From assembly GCA_951406725.2 (NCBI GenBank), contig OX597831.1:62620001-62684000 (forward strand): a DNA stretch of 64,000 bases, written 5' to 3'. Origin of the DNA: Octopus vulgaris (lineage: Eukaryota). A program made the translations under genes and the position numbers. The notes beneath the pieces are model-generated. The model ran no database searches. It was not told the origin of the DNA and saw only the letters and a program-made list of their open reading frames with translations. Positions 22,952 through 38,011 of this stretch are shown in pieces (within the stretch, counting starts at the first letter, position 1; every line of letters starts with the position of its first letter).

Positions 22952-24967
22952 TGTGTGTATGTGCGTATGTGAGAGACAGAGAGAGAGGAGAGAGACTGTG
23001 TGTGTATGTGCGCATGTATGTTTGTGTGTGCAGCACATGTGTATCTTGTTCTAGCAAATTGTCTAATATCTCATTTATGACGGTAGTTAATAGAAGTAAA
23101 TAAGTATTTATTTGTGTACTGGTTTGATGCGATATGTATTTTAATTGATAAGAATGATAAGAAGTTGCAATGTTTATGGAATTTGTAACTGTGAATATGT
23201 AACTAGTTTACGTTTGAAAAGTGGCCAAGACGTACTATTCTCTATAGCAGTGTCAGCAACAGAGTAACCTTCCGCTAATCCTGAAGTATCATTTTGCTAT
23301 AATATCGCATTTGACAATGTTTGCTGAGAAACTATTCCTCCCGCCCCCAAAAAATGAAATGGTCGCATCTGTAAAATGTTTTATTATGTGTTTATACTAT
23401 CAAGGCGCACCTAGGGTTAAATATGATCAAAAGATTTCAATAATGAGTGAATAAAGGACTTACATATTTAAGTAGTTCTCATACATTCTTTCTACAATAC
23501 ATGTATTAGCTGAAACAATTTTAATACAAACAATTTGTAACGCAGTATTAAAATTAAAGAACATTCTCAAAATTAATTGATTTGATTTGTTTATTCTACT
23601 GAAGTAATTGTGTCATTGTAATAATTGAATTTAAACTACGTCATGTTGATTTAATAACAAAAAGAGAAACAGGTTTATAATATTAGGAAAATAGAATGAA
23701 GATAACTAAAATATCATATGTATAATATGGTAAAATACTATTTTGTTGTTTTATTATACTGATTTTCCTGCTTTCCTGACCTTTAACACTTCATATAACT
23801 GGATGATATAAACCTGAATTAATTAAACTTTCAATCTCTTAGCTATTTCGCAGCATTTAATTCATAAGCTACAATAATAAAATGTTATATTTCCTGTACA
23901 ACTTCCTTTCTAGACTTACAAGCAGGTGAAGCTGTAAATTGCTCTTGTTATATTTTAGTCTAATTTATTTATATGCAACACAACGGTCAATGGAATGTAT
24001 TAATAAAATACTCACAATTTAAATTCTCACGAAGAATATTAAATATATTATGAATGATCTGCAGACATAACGCTATTGCTCGTTGCTTAGAGACTTTTCT
24101 AAGTGAACAATATCTTTAAGTAAAACTGTGTTTGCCATTGTTACAGACATATTCATGCAAGTACAACAACTGTCTTGTTATCTTCTGAATACAAGGTACG
24201 AATACAAGATATGCTATACACAGTTGTTAGTCGTATCGTGTGTAGTAGCTTTACACTTCGTTGCGACTTACTGCTATTCAGAAAATACAAGGAGGATTTC
24301 TCGGTCTTCATAACACCTCAATATTATATCCTCGTAGGTGTTTTTGATAATTATTTAGTCCTTGAATAACAGCCGAGCGACAATAGAGTATATAATGTAC
24401 TAGCTTGATGATTATTGCTAGTTTATATGTCTATGTGTTTCTGTATCTGTATGTGTGTGTCAACTATGTGTTACAGTCCAGTATTCAGCAACTCACTCAC
24501 TACATAGCGACCAACTGGAAGCTACGTCGCGTGACTTTTGCGTAAATTAAAGCGCTGTGACATCGCCCTTGGAACCCTATTGACATAAGCAAACATTTTA
24601 GCCACGTATGCATGCCTGACCATGTATTTGTTCTATCTGCATGTGAAATGCAACATGTATGTTAGAGATATAATTTTAATACAAACAGAAATATAATTTC
24701 ATTACAGAAAGGCGGTTTCATTGCAGACTTTATCTTTTCTGATAGTTACAGGAATATCATTGGATTGTTTTCAACGAAAATGTTTCTGAGCCAAGACTGG
24801 TGTATAATTTTAGGAATACAATCGAGAAACAAGAAACTAAATGAAGTGGAGACAGCTATAAAAGACGTTAAATAGTTGTAAACAATATAGTTGTAAAAGA
24901 TTTGAAGAAAGAGAAGATTCACTGGTCAGTTCAGACTATACCGTATATTATTTCCAAATAATAATAA

Positions 24968-25172
24968 TACTCCCTTCTAACATAGACGCAAATCCTGAAA
25001 TTTCGGGGAGGGGTAAAGTCGATTCCAGAGACCCCTGTATTCAACTTTTGTTAACACTGAAAGGATGAATGGTGACGTCGAACTTGGTGAAATTTCAATT
25101 TAGAACATAAAGATGAGTGAAAATGCGGCTAAGCATCTTTGTCCGGTGTGCCAAGGATTTTACCTGCTTGCC
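24968..25172 (-). mobile_element. SINE family B, diverged
   Basis: CCTGAAATTT.GGGGAGGGG, GAAAGGATGAA, GCTAAGCAT...CCGGTGTGC shared with the other copies. Confidence 0.65.
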
Positions 25173-25195
25173 AAATTATAATTAATATTAATGAG

Positions 25196-25638
25196 CAGAA
25201 GAAGAAAGAGAAGAAGAAGAAGAAGAAGGAGGAGGAGGAGGAGGAGGAGGAAAAGGAGGAGAAGAAGAAGAAGAAGAAGAAGGAGAAGAAGGAGAAGAAG
25301 AAGAAGGAGGAGGAGGAGGAGGAAAAGGAGGAGAAGAAGAAGAAGAAGAAAACGACAAAGAAGAAGAAGAAGAAGAAGAAAACGACAAAGAAGAAGAAGA
25401 AGAAGAAGAAGAAGAAGAAGAAGAAGAAGAAGAAAAAGAAAACGACAAAGAAGAATAAAAAGAAGAAGAAGAAGAAGACAAAGAAGAAGAAAAAGAAGAA
25501 GAAAAAGAAGAAGAAGAAGAAAACGACAGAGAAGAAGAAAAGAAGAAGAAGAAGAAGAAAAAGAAGAAAAAAGAAGAGAAGAAGAAGAAGAAGAAGAAGA
25601 AGAAGAAGAAGAAGAAGAAGAAGAAGAAGAAGAAGAAG
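25196..25638 (+). repeat. Compound (AAG)n/(GAG)n polypurine tract, ~440 bp
   Basis: Directly visible. Higher-order AAAACGACAAAG interruptions. Confidence 0.97.
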
Positions 25639-26485
25639 GCCACAACGATATCATGATGAGGACTTCGACACGATTATTATAACGGCGATTATATTACATT
25701 AATGGGAACAATGTGGTGCCTAAAGTTCGAATACAGAAATTATTGCAAATCGAGGCCAAATTAATATTAATAAGGAGTAAATAAAATGAATGAAAAACAA
25801 ACGAATTGACAAGATTTACCATTACATATCATATACTTTTTTCACAAAATAAAAATAAGTACAAAACGAAAAAGAAATCAAGAAATAGTGAAAAATGAAG
25901 AAAATAATTATCGATTCGATTAACAGCAGATGTTTTTTAGATGGATAACTCGAAGTTTGAGAGATAGCTTTCGCCAAAGAATAGACAGGCGAACGTGACA
26001 ATAGCATTGTCTTCTGATGCTTCCATGAAGGATCACACGCACACTTACATAAACGGTAGGCAAGCCTTATAAAAATATTGATCGTAAAGTCTGATGAAGT
26101 ACATAATACCTTAGGCTGACAGTTAAACGTATGCAATAACGAAACGTAAACAATTGGTAAAATTTTCACAGGAAAGAACACTTTAATTCTTCTGCCACAT
26201 TTCCGTCTCAAACATCAGTTTTTTTTGATAATGTATTCCCCATTCATCTACCACTCTATAATTTCATTTATATACAGAAAAAATATGTGCCGGAATTTTA
26301 TGCAGAAAGATGTAGCTGCCTTTACACAGACTCACACAAAACAAACACGCACTTATACTTAAACTCGTACACACATACATGCGTACATTTACACACATAT
26401 ACATGCTTCCATGTATACAGAGAGATAAATACTTACATACATACATACATACGTGCGTACATATATGCATGCATGTATACATGCA

Positions 26486-26539
<54 letters not shown>

Positions 26540-26625
26540 TATGTGTGTATTTATATAAACATATGAGTAAAGATACACATACACACAAATATAACTACAT
26601 ATATATATATTCGCTCTGGCGTTGC

Positions 26626-26678
<53 letters not shown>

Positions 26679-26822
26679 TATTAATCATAATCTATGGATC
26701 ATTGTCCGTGTTCCTGAGATGATTGCACTAAAGCCTTAGCATGAGAGCGGGTGGATCATATTCATGCGTACGGTTTCCTCAGATGATCGTGTGGATTCCT
26801 ACGGTCTAGGCCTAGCCATGCA

Positions 26823-27091
26823 AAGGCGCATGGCTAAGTGGTTAGGGTATTGCACTCACGACTGCGAGATCATGGGTTCCATTTCCAGACCGGGCGTTGC
26901 GCTGTCTTCTTGAGCAAATAACTTCATTTCACGTTGCTCTGCGATCATTTTTGACATTTCACATGTGGCAGCGTTGCCCCTGTACAGGTAATGTCGATCT
27001 GATGGAGGGAGTGAAATTATGCCTACACAAACGTTTGATCACTATAAACAAATCAACTGTGTGCATGTTCATCGTCTAATGACTGGAGGGT

Positions 27092-27098
<7 letters not shown>
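26823..27098 (+). mobile_element. tRNA-headed SINE family C
   Basis: GGCGCATGGCTAAGTGGTTAGGG (A-box) ... GGGTTCCATTTCC (degenerate B-box), followed by TTCTTGAGCAA...CTTCATTTCAC. Does not close a tRNA acceptor stem. Confidence 0.65.
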
Positions 27099-27148
<50 letters not shown>

Positions 27149-28477
27149 ATATAATAATAATAAATATTAGGGAATAAATCCAAACTTACAGGGAAAAGTC
27201 AGATTTAGGATTGAATCCAATTTTATAGTAAAATATTATATTATATTAAATTAGAGACAGTACGCATCAATGAAATCGGATTATTAACTAAAAACAGTAA
27301 ACAGTTTAATTAAATAAAAAAGTAATTCTGAACTTCATTCTTTAAAGGAAAAAATGAGATGTAGATCAACCCCCTAATATCTGGAATTGTGGAACTATAA
27401 ATGTTTCTTCCTGTTTGGTTAATAGTCAATTCTTCATGGATATATGAATTTACAGGATGAAGATATATGGTTTAGACGCCGAATAATTTCTACTGTTGCG
27501 CTCATTGCACGTAACAACTTAATGACTGCATTGGTTATTATCAGATAGTAATTGAACTAGCAGGAGGATCAAACGGACAGACCACTACGTAGAAGGTATA
27601 ATTATAGACCTTCATATCATGAATAAGCTTTACCTTTCAAAATGCTTTTTTTCCCCAAGGCAGAATGCCCTGATGTAGCCGGAGAAACCTTATAAAAGGA
27701 AAGTTTAGCGCTATAAAAAAATTTAAGTCATGTAAAAAAAGTGTACTGATCTGTTATATTGAAAGGAAAAGAACAACACATACGACTTCAAATAGGAGTT
27801 ATTATACGTAGAATGAGGAATATTCAATAAAACTGTCAATAGGAAGCGAGGTGGCAATGCTTAGATGTACCGTGTATTAAGAAAATATTTCAGAAGAGAG
27901 CCTCCTTGCTTCTGCTGAGAATGTGTGATGCTTTATGGAGCAAAAGTAACTTTGCATAAACATGACAACTTCAATCATATAGTGATCATAGCATAGGTTT
28001 ATCATAAAATACAGTAATAAAAACATGCAGGAAGATTAATGACATGAGGTAGGGAGGAAAACTGACAGTGAGGAAAAACAGTTCACATCCCTATATACTT
28101 AAAAGAACTCATGAAATTACAAGAAGTCACAGCCGACGAATCGATCGGTTCTAAAATGGATTCCGCTCACATCCTACAGAATTCTTTATGGGAGTAATTA
28201 ATCTTTGGTGACCCCTTTTCCACTTAGACTATTGCGTTATATATTTCTAAACCAATGCAAGCTTTCTTTCCTAGTTCTTATAAATAAAATCATCTTTAAA
28301 TAAACTACTGATGCTTTGTCATTACTCAGCATCATCAGCAAAGTAAGAGAATGAATAATCTAAAAACACTGAAAAAATAGTTCGCTCCAGATTCTACTCA
28401 TCTGTTTAAGACAATTCAGACCTAACCGTAAAAGACATAGTCGCAGAACAGCTTCTATGTTTATAATACAATAATGG

Positions 28478-28657
28478 GTTCCTTTTTTGGCAAAACGCTA
28501 GCAATTTCAGGGAAAGGGGTAAGTCGATTACATCAGTCCCAAGACTATGCAGGAATCTAATTTGTTCACCCCGTAAGGATGAAAAGCAAAATCGTCGTCG
28601 GCAAAATGCCGCTAAGCATCTTCACCGGCGAGCTAACTATTCTGCCAGCTCATTGCA
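28478..28657 (-). mobile_element. SINE family B, diverged
   Basis: AAGTCGATTACATC, AAGGATGAAAAGCAAA, GCCGCTAAGCAT, TTCTGCCAGCTC. Confidence 0.65.
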
Positions 28658-28834
28658 TTATGGAAGTAGGTGTCGCGTATATTGTTAACCGTTCACAGAG
28701 AAAAAAACTCGTACTTGCTGTTCTTCCCAATATTCAGTCACTATATAAATTAGGTTAGAACCAAGTTGGTAGCTTAACTTACATATATATACAGGTATGC
28801 AATATCTGTATATATACATGTATATGCATATATA

Positions 28835-28882
<48 letters not shown>

Positions 28883-29882
28883 CACAAGTGCGTATTTGTA
28901 TACACACATATGTACGGGGGCGCGTCTCTGTGGATGCACATGTAATGACGAATATGCACTCAACGCAAATATATATATATATATTAGTTGTGGGGCCGTG
29001 ATCACTGTACACACACGCGCGCGCGTAAGCACACACAGACACGCACAAACATTCAAATACATACATCTGGTTTGAAATGCCGATTAATGAGCTAGTCGCA
29101 AGACTGGGTGCAGAACATTTATCCTGTGTATGATATATAGTTTATGTCGTAGTGTGTGGCTTGCTTCATAGAAATATTTCTCCTACACTTTCTATAGTAA
29201 TCAATTATCCAAATGGAAGACGGCAGTACAAACAAATTCCTACTTAAATCAGAGTTATCTGTTGATATTATACATTTCTTGTAACGAATGCTATGTATAT
29301 GTAAAGAATCACCAGTGATGCACCGAAGGTTGTATAATTGATGCCTATATTCAAAAACATTCAATAATTGCTTAGAATTGCATTTATCAATACAATAAAT
29401 GTTCCATTTGTTAGCATTCATCTCTATCATTCGCATTGCAAATATACTATAAATCTGGTTAAAATCAAACCACTTTTCGACTTATGAAACATTTTTCTGT
29501 TCGATGTTGAAATGCAAGCTTGTATAAATTGGCAATAAGTTTGTCATAGAGTAAAGCAAATTCTCATACATTTGAAATCCAACTGCTATCTTCACTGAAC
29601 TCCGAAAGAAAAGGACGTTCAATGGTATGCAACATGAGTCAGCTTCTTAAATAACATTCTATTAAATAAATATGTCAACCTCATAACACAGAATGTATAT
29701 TGTGCATAACGTATATTACATCGATATTCATGAGTGTTATATTTAAAAATATTGTCAGTTTATACGGTGTCCAAATGGAGAATTTTGTGCGGGATATTAT
29801 TACTAGTTACTCTTCATAGTATTCACATTTATTTCAGGTTGCCTATATAAGAGTTCTTATTAAATGTATGCATATATAAATA

Positions 29883-30315
29883 TGGGAGTGGCTGTGTGGT
29901 AAGAAACTTGCTTTCCGACCACATGGTTACCGGTTCAGTTCCACTGCGTGATACCTTGGCTTCTTCAGTAGCCTGGGGCTGACGTAATCTTTTGAGTGGA
30001 TTTCGTAGGCGGAAACTGAAAGAAACCCGATGTATACATATCTATCTATTTATCTCTCTCTCTCTATATATATATATATACACACACACATATATATATA
30101 TGTATGTATTTGTGTGTCTGTGTTTGTTTTCCCGCCATCGTGTGACAAACGATGTTGGTGTACTTACGTCCACGTAACATAGTGGTTCGGCCAAAGAGAC
30201 CGATAGAATAAACACTAGGCTTGCAAAGAGTAAGTCCTGAGGTAGATTTGTTCGTCTAAATGTGATACTCGAGCACAGCCGCAGTCAAATGACTGAAACA
30301 AGTAAAATCATAAAA
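29883..30315 (+). mobile_element. tRNA-derived SINE family A
   Basis: A-box TGGCTGTGTGG, B-box GGTTCAGTTCC, internal (TA)/(CA) tract, same 3' end as 14021-14476. Confidence 0.8.
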
Positions 30316-32051
30316 TCTTTTTTTTTTAAATGCCTGTGTGTGTGTGTATGCGTATGATGATAGTAATGATGATGATGATGATGAATGTTTTGACTTGTAA
30401 AGCCCATTTCTTGAAGTAAATGCTTCCTTTTTGTGTTAGAATTTCGAAAATATGTGCATCGAGTAGTAAAAGTCTCTTGTGTTCTGTTATTTTATTCTAT
30501 AAATATATTTTCGATTGAATATATTTTTGTATATTTAAAAACTGAGATATTGGAAATAAAAATCTTTTCTAAACCGCGATTTCTGTTTGTGTTTACGTGT
30601 AATTAAAAACGAAATCAAGAGATTTGGCTGTTATTTCTAGCATGTGGAAAGACCTACACTTAACTTCATTCACTGGTTGAAAAATCACCTACGTACATGC
30701 ATATGATCGAACGCGTTTAAAAGCATACGGAATATAGTTGTGGATGTCCGCATGTGTGTCAATTTTTTAAAATTCAAATTTTGCCAAAAAAAATATTTCA
30801 GCTCCACAATCTCCGTATATTTCTATACGGAATTTTAAAAACTTAACGCAAAAAGAGGAATAATAAAATAAACAATAGGGTGGAAGTATTATATAAAATA
30901 TAACCTTTGCAATTTCAATTTTTTGTCAGAATCGATATCTTCGTTGCTGATAACATCGGAATCTGGAAAAAAAAAAGCAAATAACGAAAAGGGGTGAGTT
31001 ATTTATTGTACACTTACGCTAAAAATATAACTGACAGGGTTTTGTCCACTTTCGCACTTTCATTTAAGGGGTTTGGTCCGAGCGGGGTTTATCTTAAGGG
31101 GTTTTCGACCAAGGCAGGATTATCCTACACTCGCAAATGTTATAATCCAAGCTTGCTGACGAAAAGTCCAGTGTCTGTGGACAACTCGAAAGTGCGCTTC
31201 CTTAAGATGTAATTAACCTATTTGAACAGATTACGGCATTAAATATTAAAATTTAAATATATACATACGCGAGCTTAGAAAACAATACATAATGCTATTT
31301 AATTCTCTTGAGGAAGATCACATGTGGATCCGTCCTTAAAATATCGGAAAATCACTCAACTGATCGGCGGTTCGAAGCTCCTCTCAACATACACGAAGTT
31401 ATCCTCCACTGACTGTACATATGCTGCATTGTATCCATTATACACCAAGGTCTTTTAATATTCACTGGACTACAAAACGAAAGGAATACGCAAATTAATG
31501 TAATTTATGCTTTAAAAAATCAGGTCAATCCTAGTGTGCTAGTGGCATGAAGTTGCTTTCACATACAACTTAGCAATGTAGATAATAAAAAATACCCTTT
31601 CGATTGTATCTCTAACCGCATTTGAACCTGAACTCAGTGTTCTAGTCAGATGCTCAAAATATATGGCTTCAAAGAACCGATGCATAAGTAAATATCTGTG
31701 AAAAGAAATCCATGAAATCATTTATACATTCGGGATACTTGGAAGCGTTTGTTCTATATAGATAATTTTGGTAAAAATAATTGAATGTGCATGATAATTG
31801 TTCTCTTCCTTCATTTCATAGCAGGCAAGAATATGCACTGTCGGAACAATAAAGAAACTTACAAATATACATGAATATATGCGTGTGTATGTCTGTGTGT
31901 GTGAATGTATGTGTATGTCTGTATGTATGTGTATGTATATATATAAATATATATATATGCGTGTGCACACGTGTGAATATAAGCAGGCATGCAGATACGT
32001 ATGTATGTTAACACGCGCATATGCATCTCAGCATGTGCGAAATACTGATTT

Positions 32052-32190
32052 CAAATTTTAGCACAAGGCCAGCAATTTCGGGGTGTGGCAGATCGATTAC
32101 ATCGATCCCAATATTCAACTGGTAGTTATTTTATCGACCCTCAAAGAATAAAAGGCAAAGTGGACCTCAGCGGAATTTGAACACAGAATG
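32052..32190 (-). mobile_element. SINE family B, partial
   Basis: CGATTACATCGATCCC..CAACTGGTA.TTATTTTATCGACCC..GGCAAAGT.GACCTC.GCGGAATTTGAAC. Confidence 0.7.
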
Positions 32191-33879
32191 AAGCTCGCAA
32201 TTTTAAGGCATCACAGAAATATAAGATAGAAAAAAAAAGTTAGGCCTGAAGTTCCGCTTTATTGTACAACTATGTAAGGATATATAGCAATGTAAAACCT
32301 CATTTCTATATATTTTGAGAATTTCAAAACCCGAACAAAGCTCTTTTTCTTACCATACATATTTTTACCACACATAGGTATGTAAATATATGTTTGTATA
32401 TATGTGTAACTGAGAGAGTGAATGGGAATGACTTACTTTCGGCTGTGCCCACTATTACCAGAACAATGTAGAAAATTGCCGAAAAAATATATCAGAATTT
32501 ACATACGTTTCTTATTATATCAATCTTATACGAAGAATATATTTTATGATATATTTCTGGAGGAGAAACTATTGATATAATAATGTGAAATGCGTATAAA
32601 TATTGGAATTTACATTATAGCTTATATGCTTAACAATTTTTTTCCATGTTTCCAAAGATTTGCACAAAGAAGATAGTTGATCTATTACTATGCTAGTTTT
32701 TATATACTTTTCCTTAGAAAAAAAAACGCCCATGTATATTCACAAATTTTCCATTGTACACGATGGCTATATAATTTCAATATATCACACTGGCAAGGAA
32801 AAAAATAATACATGGTCCTAAAGGCTTAAAAGAAAACAAAACTTAATATTCATGTCAATACTGAACACAAAACAAACTTTCTATGTAAAAAAAAAATTCT
32901 AGAAGTAAAAAAGCTATCGTTTCTTTACATATATATACTTATACATTAGAATATGTATCTTATATGAGTAATAAATGCGAATAACAGGTGTAAGTAACAC
33001 AGTTACACTACCGAGTCGCTATATTCAACTTTAATTCAACTGAAACGTCTAGTTAATTTGTAATTTTAACATATAATACAGTAATCAGCGGTTCAATAAT
33101 GAATAATTTTGACCGTCAATAAATGCCACTGCTGAAATCTCGAAGGATAACAATCTTACGAATTGTCATCTTGGTAGCATCATAGTATTGAGAACGTCAT
33201 AGAGTTTGAATATTGGACGTATAATTATTCTAACTCAGATTTTAGTAATATCATTACAAATGTCCGCTGATACATTTCCATAATGTTATAATAAGACAGA
33301 GCAATAATTGATGTTCTCTCACTGTTGATATACCTTACAGACAGAAAGTGTGCTCAATATCATTTACCTGAATTTACTAGGACAAACTGTATATATCATG
33401 AAAGTATTTGTTATGTACAGTAGGGTTTTCTGAGGTAGATTACTGAAAGAAATGTATCAATGTTTAAGGAAATTTAACCTTCAAGAATCTTGAAGTGAAG
33501 GTATCTCACAATGCCCGTTGAAAAAAATTCTCAGAGCACTTATGTATAAGTTATTCAATGCCAAATATGACCATTCCATCAGTAAGCATTTGTTTCAAAA
33601 ACGAGTTCAAAAATTTCGTAAAACACATAAAAAAAACAATTAAACAATTAATTATTGACTGTTAGATTAATTTTATGATCAACCTATCAATCAATCCGAT
33701 GAATTTTCAAAATCCTTTCGTCGCTATTCCTGACATGTCCAATGACTTATTCTCGATACTCCAGGTTCGATCGAAAGATCCAGCAAGCAACTAATTAGCT
33801 AACCGCTTAATTGAATAAATAGTTAACTAACTAGATGTGGGATAGTTATTGACTGAAAAGAGTATGGTGGGTACCGTAC

Positions 33880-34620
33880 TCAAACGGAAACCCTTGCTTT
33901 GTGGGCATGAAACTGTGGCTTGAATCGAAGCCTTGCTTGCCTGTCCGGAGTCAGTCGTCCATTCCTCTGTTTCATAGTAACATAAAACATGGTGCTTTAT
34001 CGCCAGTTACAATGCAGTAACGAAACCTGTTTGTGTCTGCGAGTAGTCATGTCTCACAAGCAAACAGGTATCGATAGAGGAGCTCCGGAGTTTGTGGCTT
34101 TCGTTCAGCCCTTGTGGTACACACGTACGTAGTATCTGGAAACAAAATTGACCTCGATTGTTGTCCTGCTTTGAAAGTTATTTGCAGTGGTTCACCGCGT
34201 TTCTCGTCGACACATATCCCCGTTTTCTTAATATAAGTTATAGTGTTCTTCAGCTTTCTAGAACGAATCACAGATCGAAATAATTTGACCGAATTCAAAC
34301 TCATTCAAATGATATGGAATCCAAACATTGAGCCTACTCACTGACACTAATGTAGATGGTTTGCTACATTCGATTTAGATATTTAGGGAACATATGGATC
34401 ATCCTATTCGAAGTACGTGGGGTGAGGTCGAAGAATGGTGATGATCGAATAACGGGGATTAGTGGTAATTTTTGAATGAAAAATATCCCAATAAAGATTT
34501 CGAAAACCATTTCTAGCACACAAGTTCTGTAACGTAATTGTTTCTGTATATAACGCATACGATCAAGCATTATCCCTTTTCCTTTTTTCTTTTTCTTTCA
34601 AGAGAAAAAGGCTTCAAATG
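33880..34620 (-). mobile_element. Mariner transposase remnant
   Basis: LRTCVPQGLNESHKLR (cf. WVPHEL), CLLVRH, CIVTGDK (cf. IVTGDEKW), across frameshifts. Confidence 0.6.
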
Positions 34621-34881
34621 ACAATATAGGAATCGTTTTAGATCGCCTTCAGAGTGAACCCAAATGCATGAAACGCCAACTGTGTCGAAGGTAAGTTTCA
34701 AAATACGATGAAGGATTAAGCATCTACCAAGTGCGCATGCGCAAAGTATATCCTATAATCTTAAACCTTAAAAGTTATCAGTGTGTATAGACTAAAAAAT
34801 ATATTTTAATATTGAGACATAAAGTGGGTTTCTCGTACACACACGCACGCAGTACACACCCAACCGTCACCTACACATAAT

Positions 34882-34936
<55 letters not shown>

Positions 34937-35940
34937 ATGTCATTATTCAGTCTATTTCAAGATTTCTTGTCAATAGAGAGAGAATCGGTTTCTAACCTAC
35001 ATCCATGGTTTCTAAATTGGAATTTCATCATCAGTAACTGCAGGGTACTTTTGTTTGTTTGATCATATGTATGTATGTATGTATGTCCGTGTGAATATTT
35101 GTATTCTCACGCATATAGCTGCCTATATAGACATGCACATATATAATTAAATGATAAATTTCTGGAAAGTTTTACATATTTTTACAGTTCCAATTAGAGA
35201 TACTAGTAACAGACTAAACAACAAATGCATAATATGTATATTTCTGTACGTTTGTGCGCTTAAATATGTGTATGTAAGATCCTGAAACCTAAGTTGGGAA
35301 ATACTGGCATGTTTCAAAGGCAAAACGTGCGACATTTACTTCAGCATGTCGAAATAAATTTTGTTACAGTAAGGAGATTATCCGCCGAGGGAAGGAAACT
35401 TACTTCTTGCTACCTAAATCCGCCAATGTCATTTTGATCTCGCATCATTCACAAGCCTTCATTTGCACGGAGAATTTCACTACAGAGATAAAGTTTGATA
35501 GGTGTGTGACACATCAAAACTAGCAGAATATTAGAGGAAACTATATTTCAAGGAATTTTGCGGACACAACATAAAATTCTTAACTAAAAGTGGAAGACAC
35601 CAAAGTAGAGTTGGTTGACAAAGGGGTATTTTCAGTGGATGCTCCTCTTCTCATACGATACATATGATATATATCTAATTATAACTCGCAAGTCACTCGC
35701 TTTGCTGCATATTGCATGTCCTTCTCTCCAACAACAATTCTTAACCCAGTTCTGCACTTCCCTATACCCGCACTCTCCTTCACATATTGCTCTAGAGAAT
35801 ATCATCCCGTACATACACCATTGCGTTTAGGTCTAAATTTAATTAACTTATTTTTGTTCATTACATCATGTGAATTAAAGTTCACTGCTGCTTTAAATTT
35901 CGTTGAGTGTTAGAAGGAAATTTAATAAATTAACGACGAA

Positions 35941-36105
35941 CAGGTGCAAGCTGGGTTGTCTGCTTGAGAAGTTTGCTTCCGAACTATGTGATCTTGGCTT
36001 CAATCCTGCTGGGTAGCACCTCGTGCACGTGTCTTCCATTTAGCCCCTGGCAGACCATAGCCTTCTGAATCGATTTGACAGACACAAACGGAAAAACTCC
36101 GCGTA
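35941..36105 (+). mobile_element. Diverged 5' half of SINE family A
   Basis: AGAAGTTTGCTTCCGAAC..TTCAATCCTGCTG..GCACC aligns by eye to 29898-29960. Confidence 0.5.
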
Positions 36106-36164
36106 TCTATCTATCTATTTATCTGTCTAGCTACCTACCAATCTATCTATCTCTCTATGTCTAT

Positions 36165-36232
<68 letters not shown>

Positions 36233-36295
36233 ATGTGTGTGTGAGTGTGTATATATATATATGTATATATATATATGTATGTGTGTGTATATATG

Positions 36296-36335
<40 letters not shown>

Positions 36336-37332
36336 TATATATATGGTGGGTTAGTGTGTGTATTTGAAAATGTCTTTTCTAATAATTTTTCAATTAACAT
36401 CTAATTATTAAAGTGAAACCTTATCAGATATGTCATTTCTATTCATTTTTTTAAAGTAAATCATACCGTACCAAGGATTGTGTATTTCTTATTTTACTTT
36501 CTCTCTTTATCTCTCTCCCTCTCTCAATTTCTCACCCTCTGCATATATATATATATATAATAAAAGAAGGAAAATGCATACACGTTGCGTATAGTTTTAA
36601 TATATCATTTAGTATAATTTATATTGTATTTGCAATGACTAACGAATGCTGATCAGGACATTAAAATTATTGTAATTTCGTATTTTCTTAAGAAGATTTT
36701 ACTCCATGTTATATGAAGACAAATTTGCAAATGAATGATTCAACATGTAGAAAAATATATGGGGATGTAATTGCTCATGTTTTGGGGATTTGCGGAATAA
36801 ACATATATATATATACACAAAACACAAAATATCGTGTACATTAGAACACATTAAATGGCTTACGATATTTTTATGTGAACAATATATAGTCTATTGACTA
36901 TTTTTTGTGCTAGGCCACTGGTAATAATAATTTCTTTAATTCTTATTACCCTAATATTATTTATTATGTCTAAATATTTTTTGATAGATTTGTTCGAAAT
37001 TTTACCGGCATCCACTCTGTCGCAGGAAATAAACTGCATCGACGCGGTTGTTTTGAAAAATTAGGATATACAGGCAACTAGTTTACATGCGAATATAGTT
37101 GTGTGTATATTCGAAATCTAAAGGCTACCTACTGACGAAAACTAGCCTCAGTAAATATTTTTTTACGGGAATAAGTTAGAGACCATGGTCTAAGAACTAA
37201 ATAAGATGGTAAACGTTTTTAATTTTCAATTCTTTCGAGAATTTATCCATAATTAGTGGTTCGAGTCTTCTACTGCTCTTTCTAGCTCAAGACTTTCCTA
37301 TTTGGAAGCCTCTTAAAGTGTTCTAATGTACA

Positions 37333-37384
<52 letters not shown>

Positions 37385-37718
37385 GTAGGCTTCCCTGGGC
37401 AAGAAGAAAGAGAGAAAGTGAAAAAGAAGAGTATATTGTAACTATATCGGCAGTAGTGTTATAAATATTACTGGGAGAGAAGGGGTGCAGAAAAAGAGAA
37501 AGTGGAAAATGTGGTGGTGATCGTAAAGAACGTTAAGCACGTATATACATATAAATACATACACTTAAGTGTGTATATACATGCACATATATGGGCTCAT
37601 GTGTGCATACTGTACGTGAATACAACAGAAGCTGAACGGTCGCGCTCATCCATACACACATGTGGATATACATACTCACACATACACACGCGAGTGTGCA
37701 CTCTCACGCATACACACT

Positions 37719-37792
<74 letters not shown>

Positions 37793-37909
37793 AATACCAA
37801 TAGACGTTCATATACACTTGCACAACGCGTTCATACATTTCATACATGCATACATAAGCGTACACATACGTATACATATTTCAACATACCTATATATATC
37901 CATATATAC

Positions 37910-38011
<102 letters not shown>

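Noticed and set aside
25139-25702. Poly-K/E/R and poly-S/L/F ORFs
   Set aside because: Translations of an (AAG)n/(GAG)n microsatellite, open in most frames.
26823-26900. tRNA gene
   Set aside because: Degenerate B-box and no acceptor-stem closure. It is a SINE head.
27400-28200. Possible decayed retroelement coding remnant and CTGATGTAGCCGGAGAAACC ribozyme-like string
   Set aside because: No convincing protein motif or helices.
30990-31135. Short GGGGTTT-rich repeats as telomeric, CRISPR-like or transposon subterminal repeats
   Set aside because: Too degenerate. No partner terminus or regular spacing could be established.
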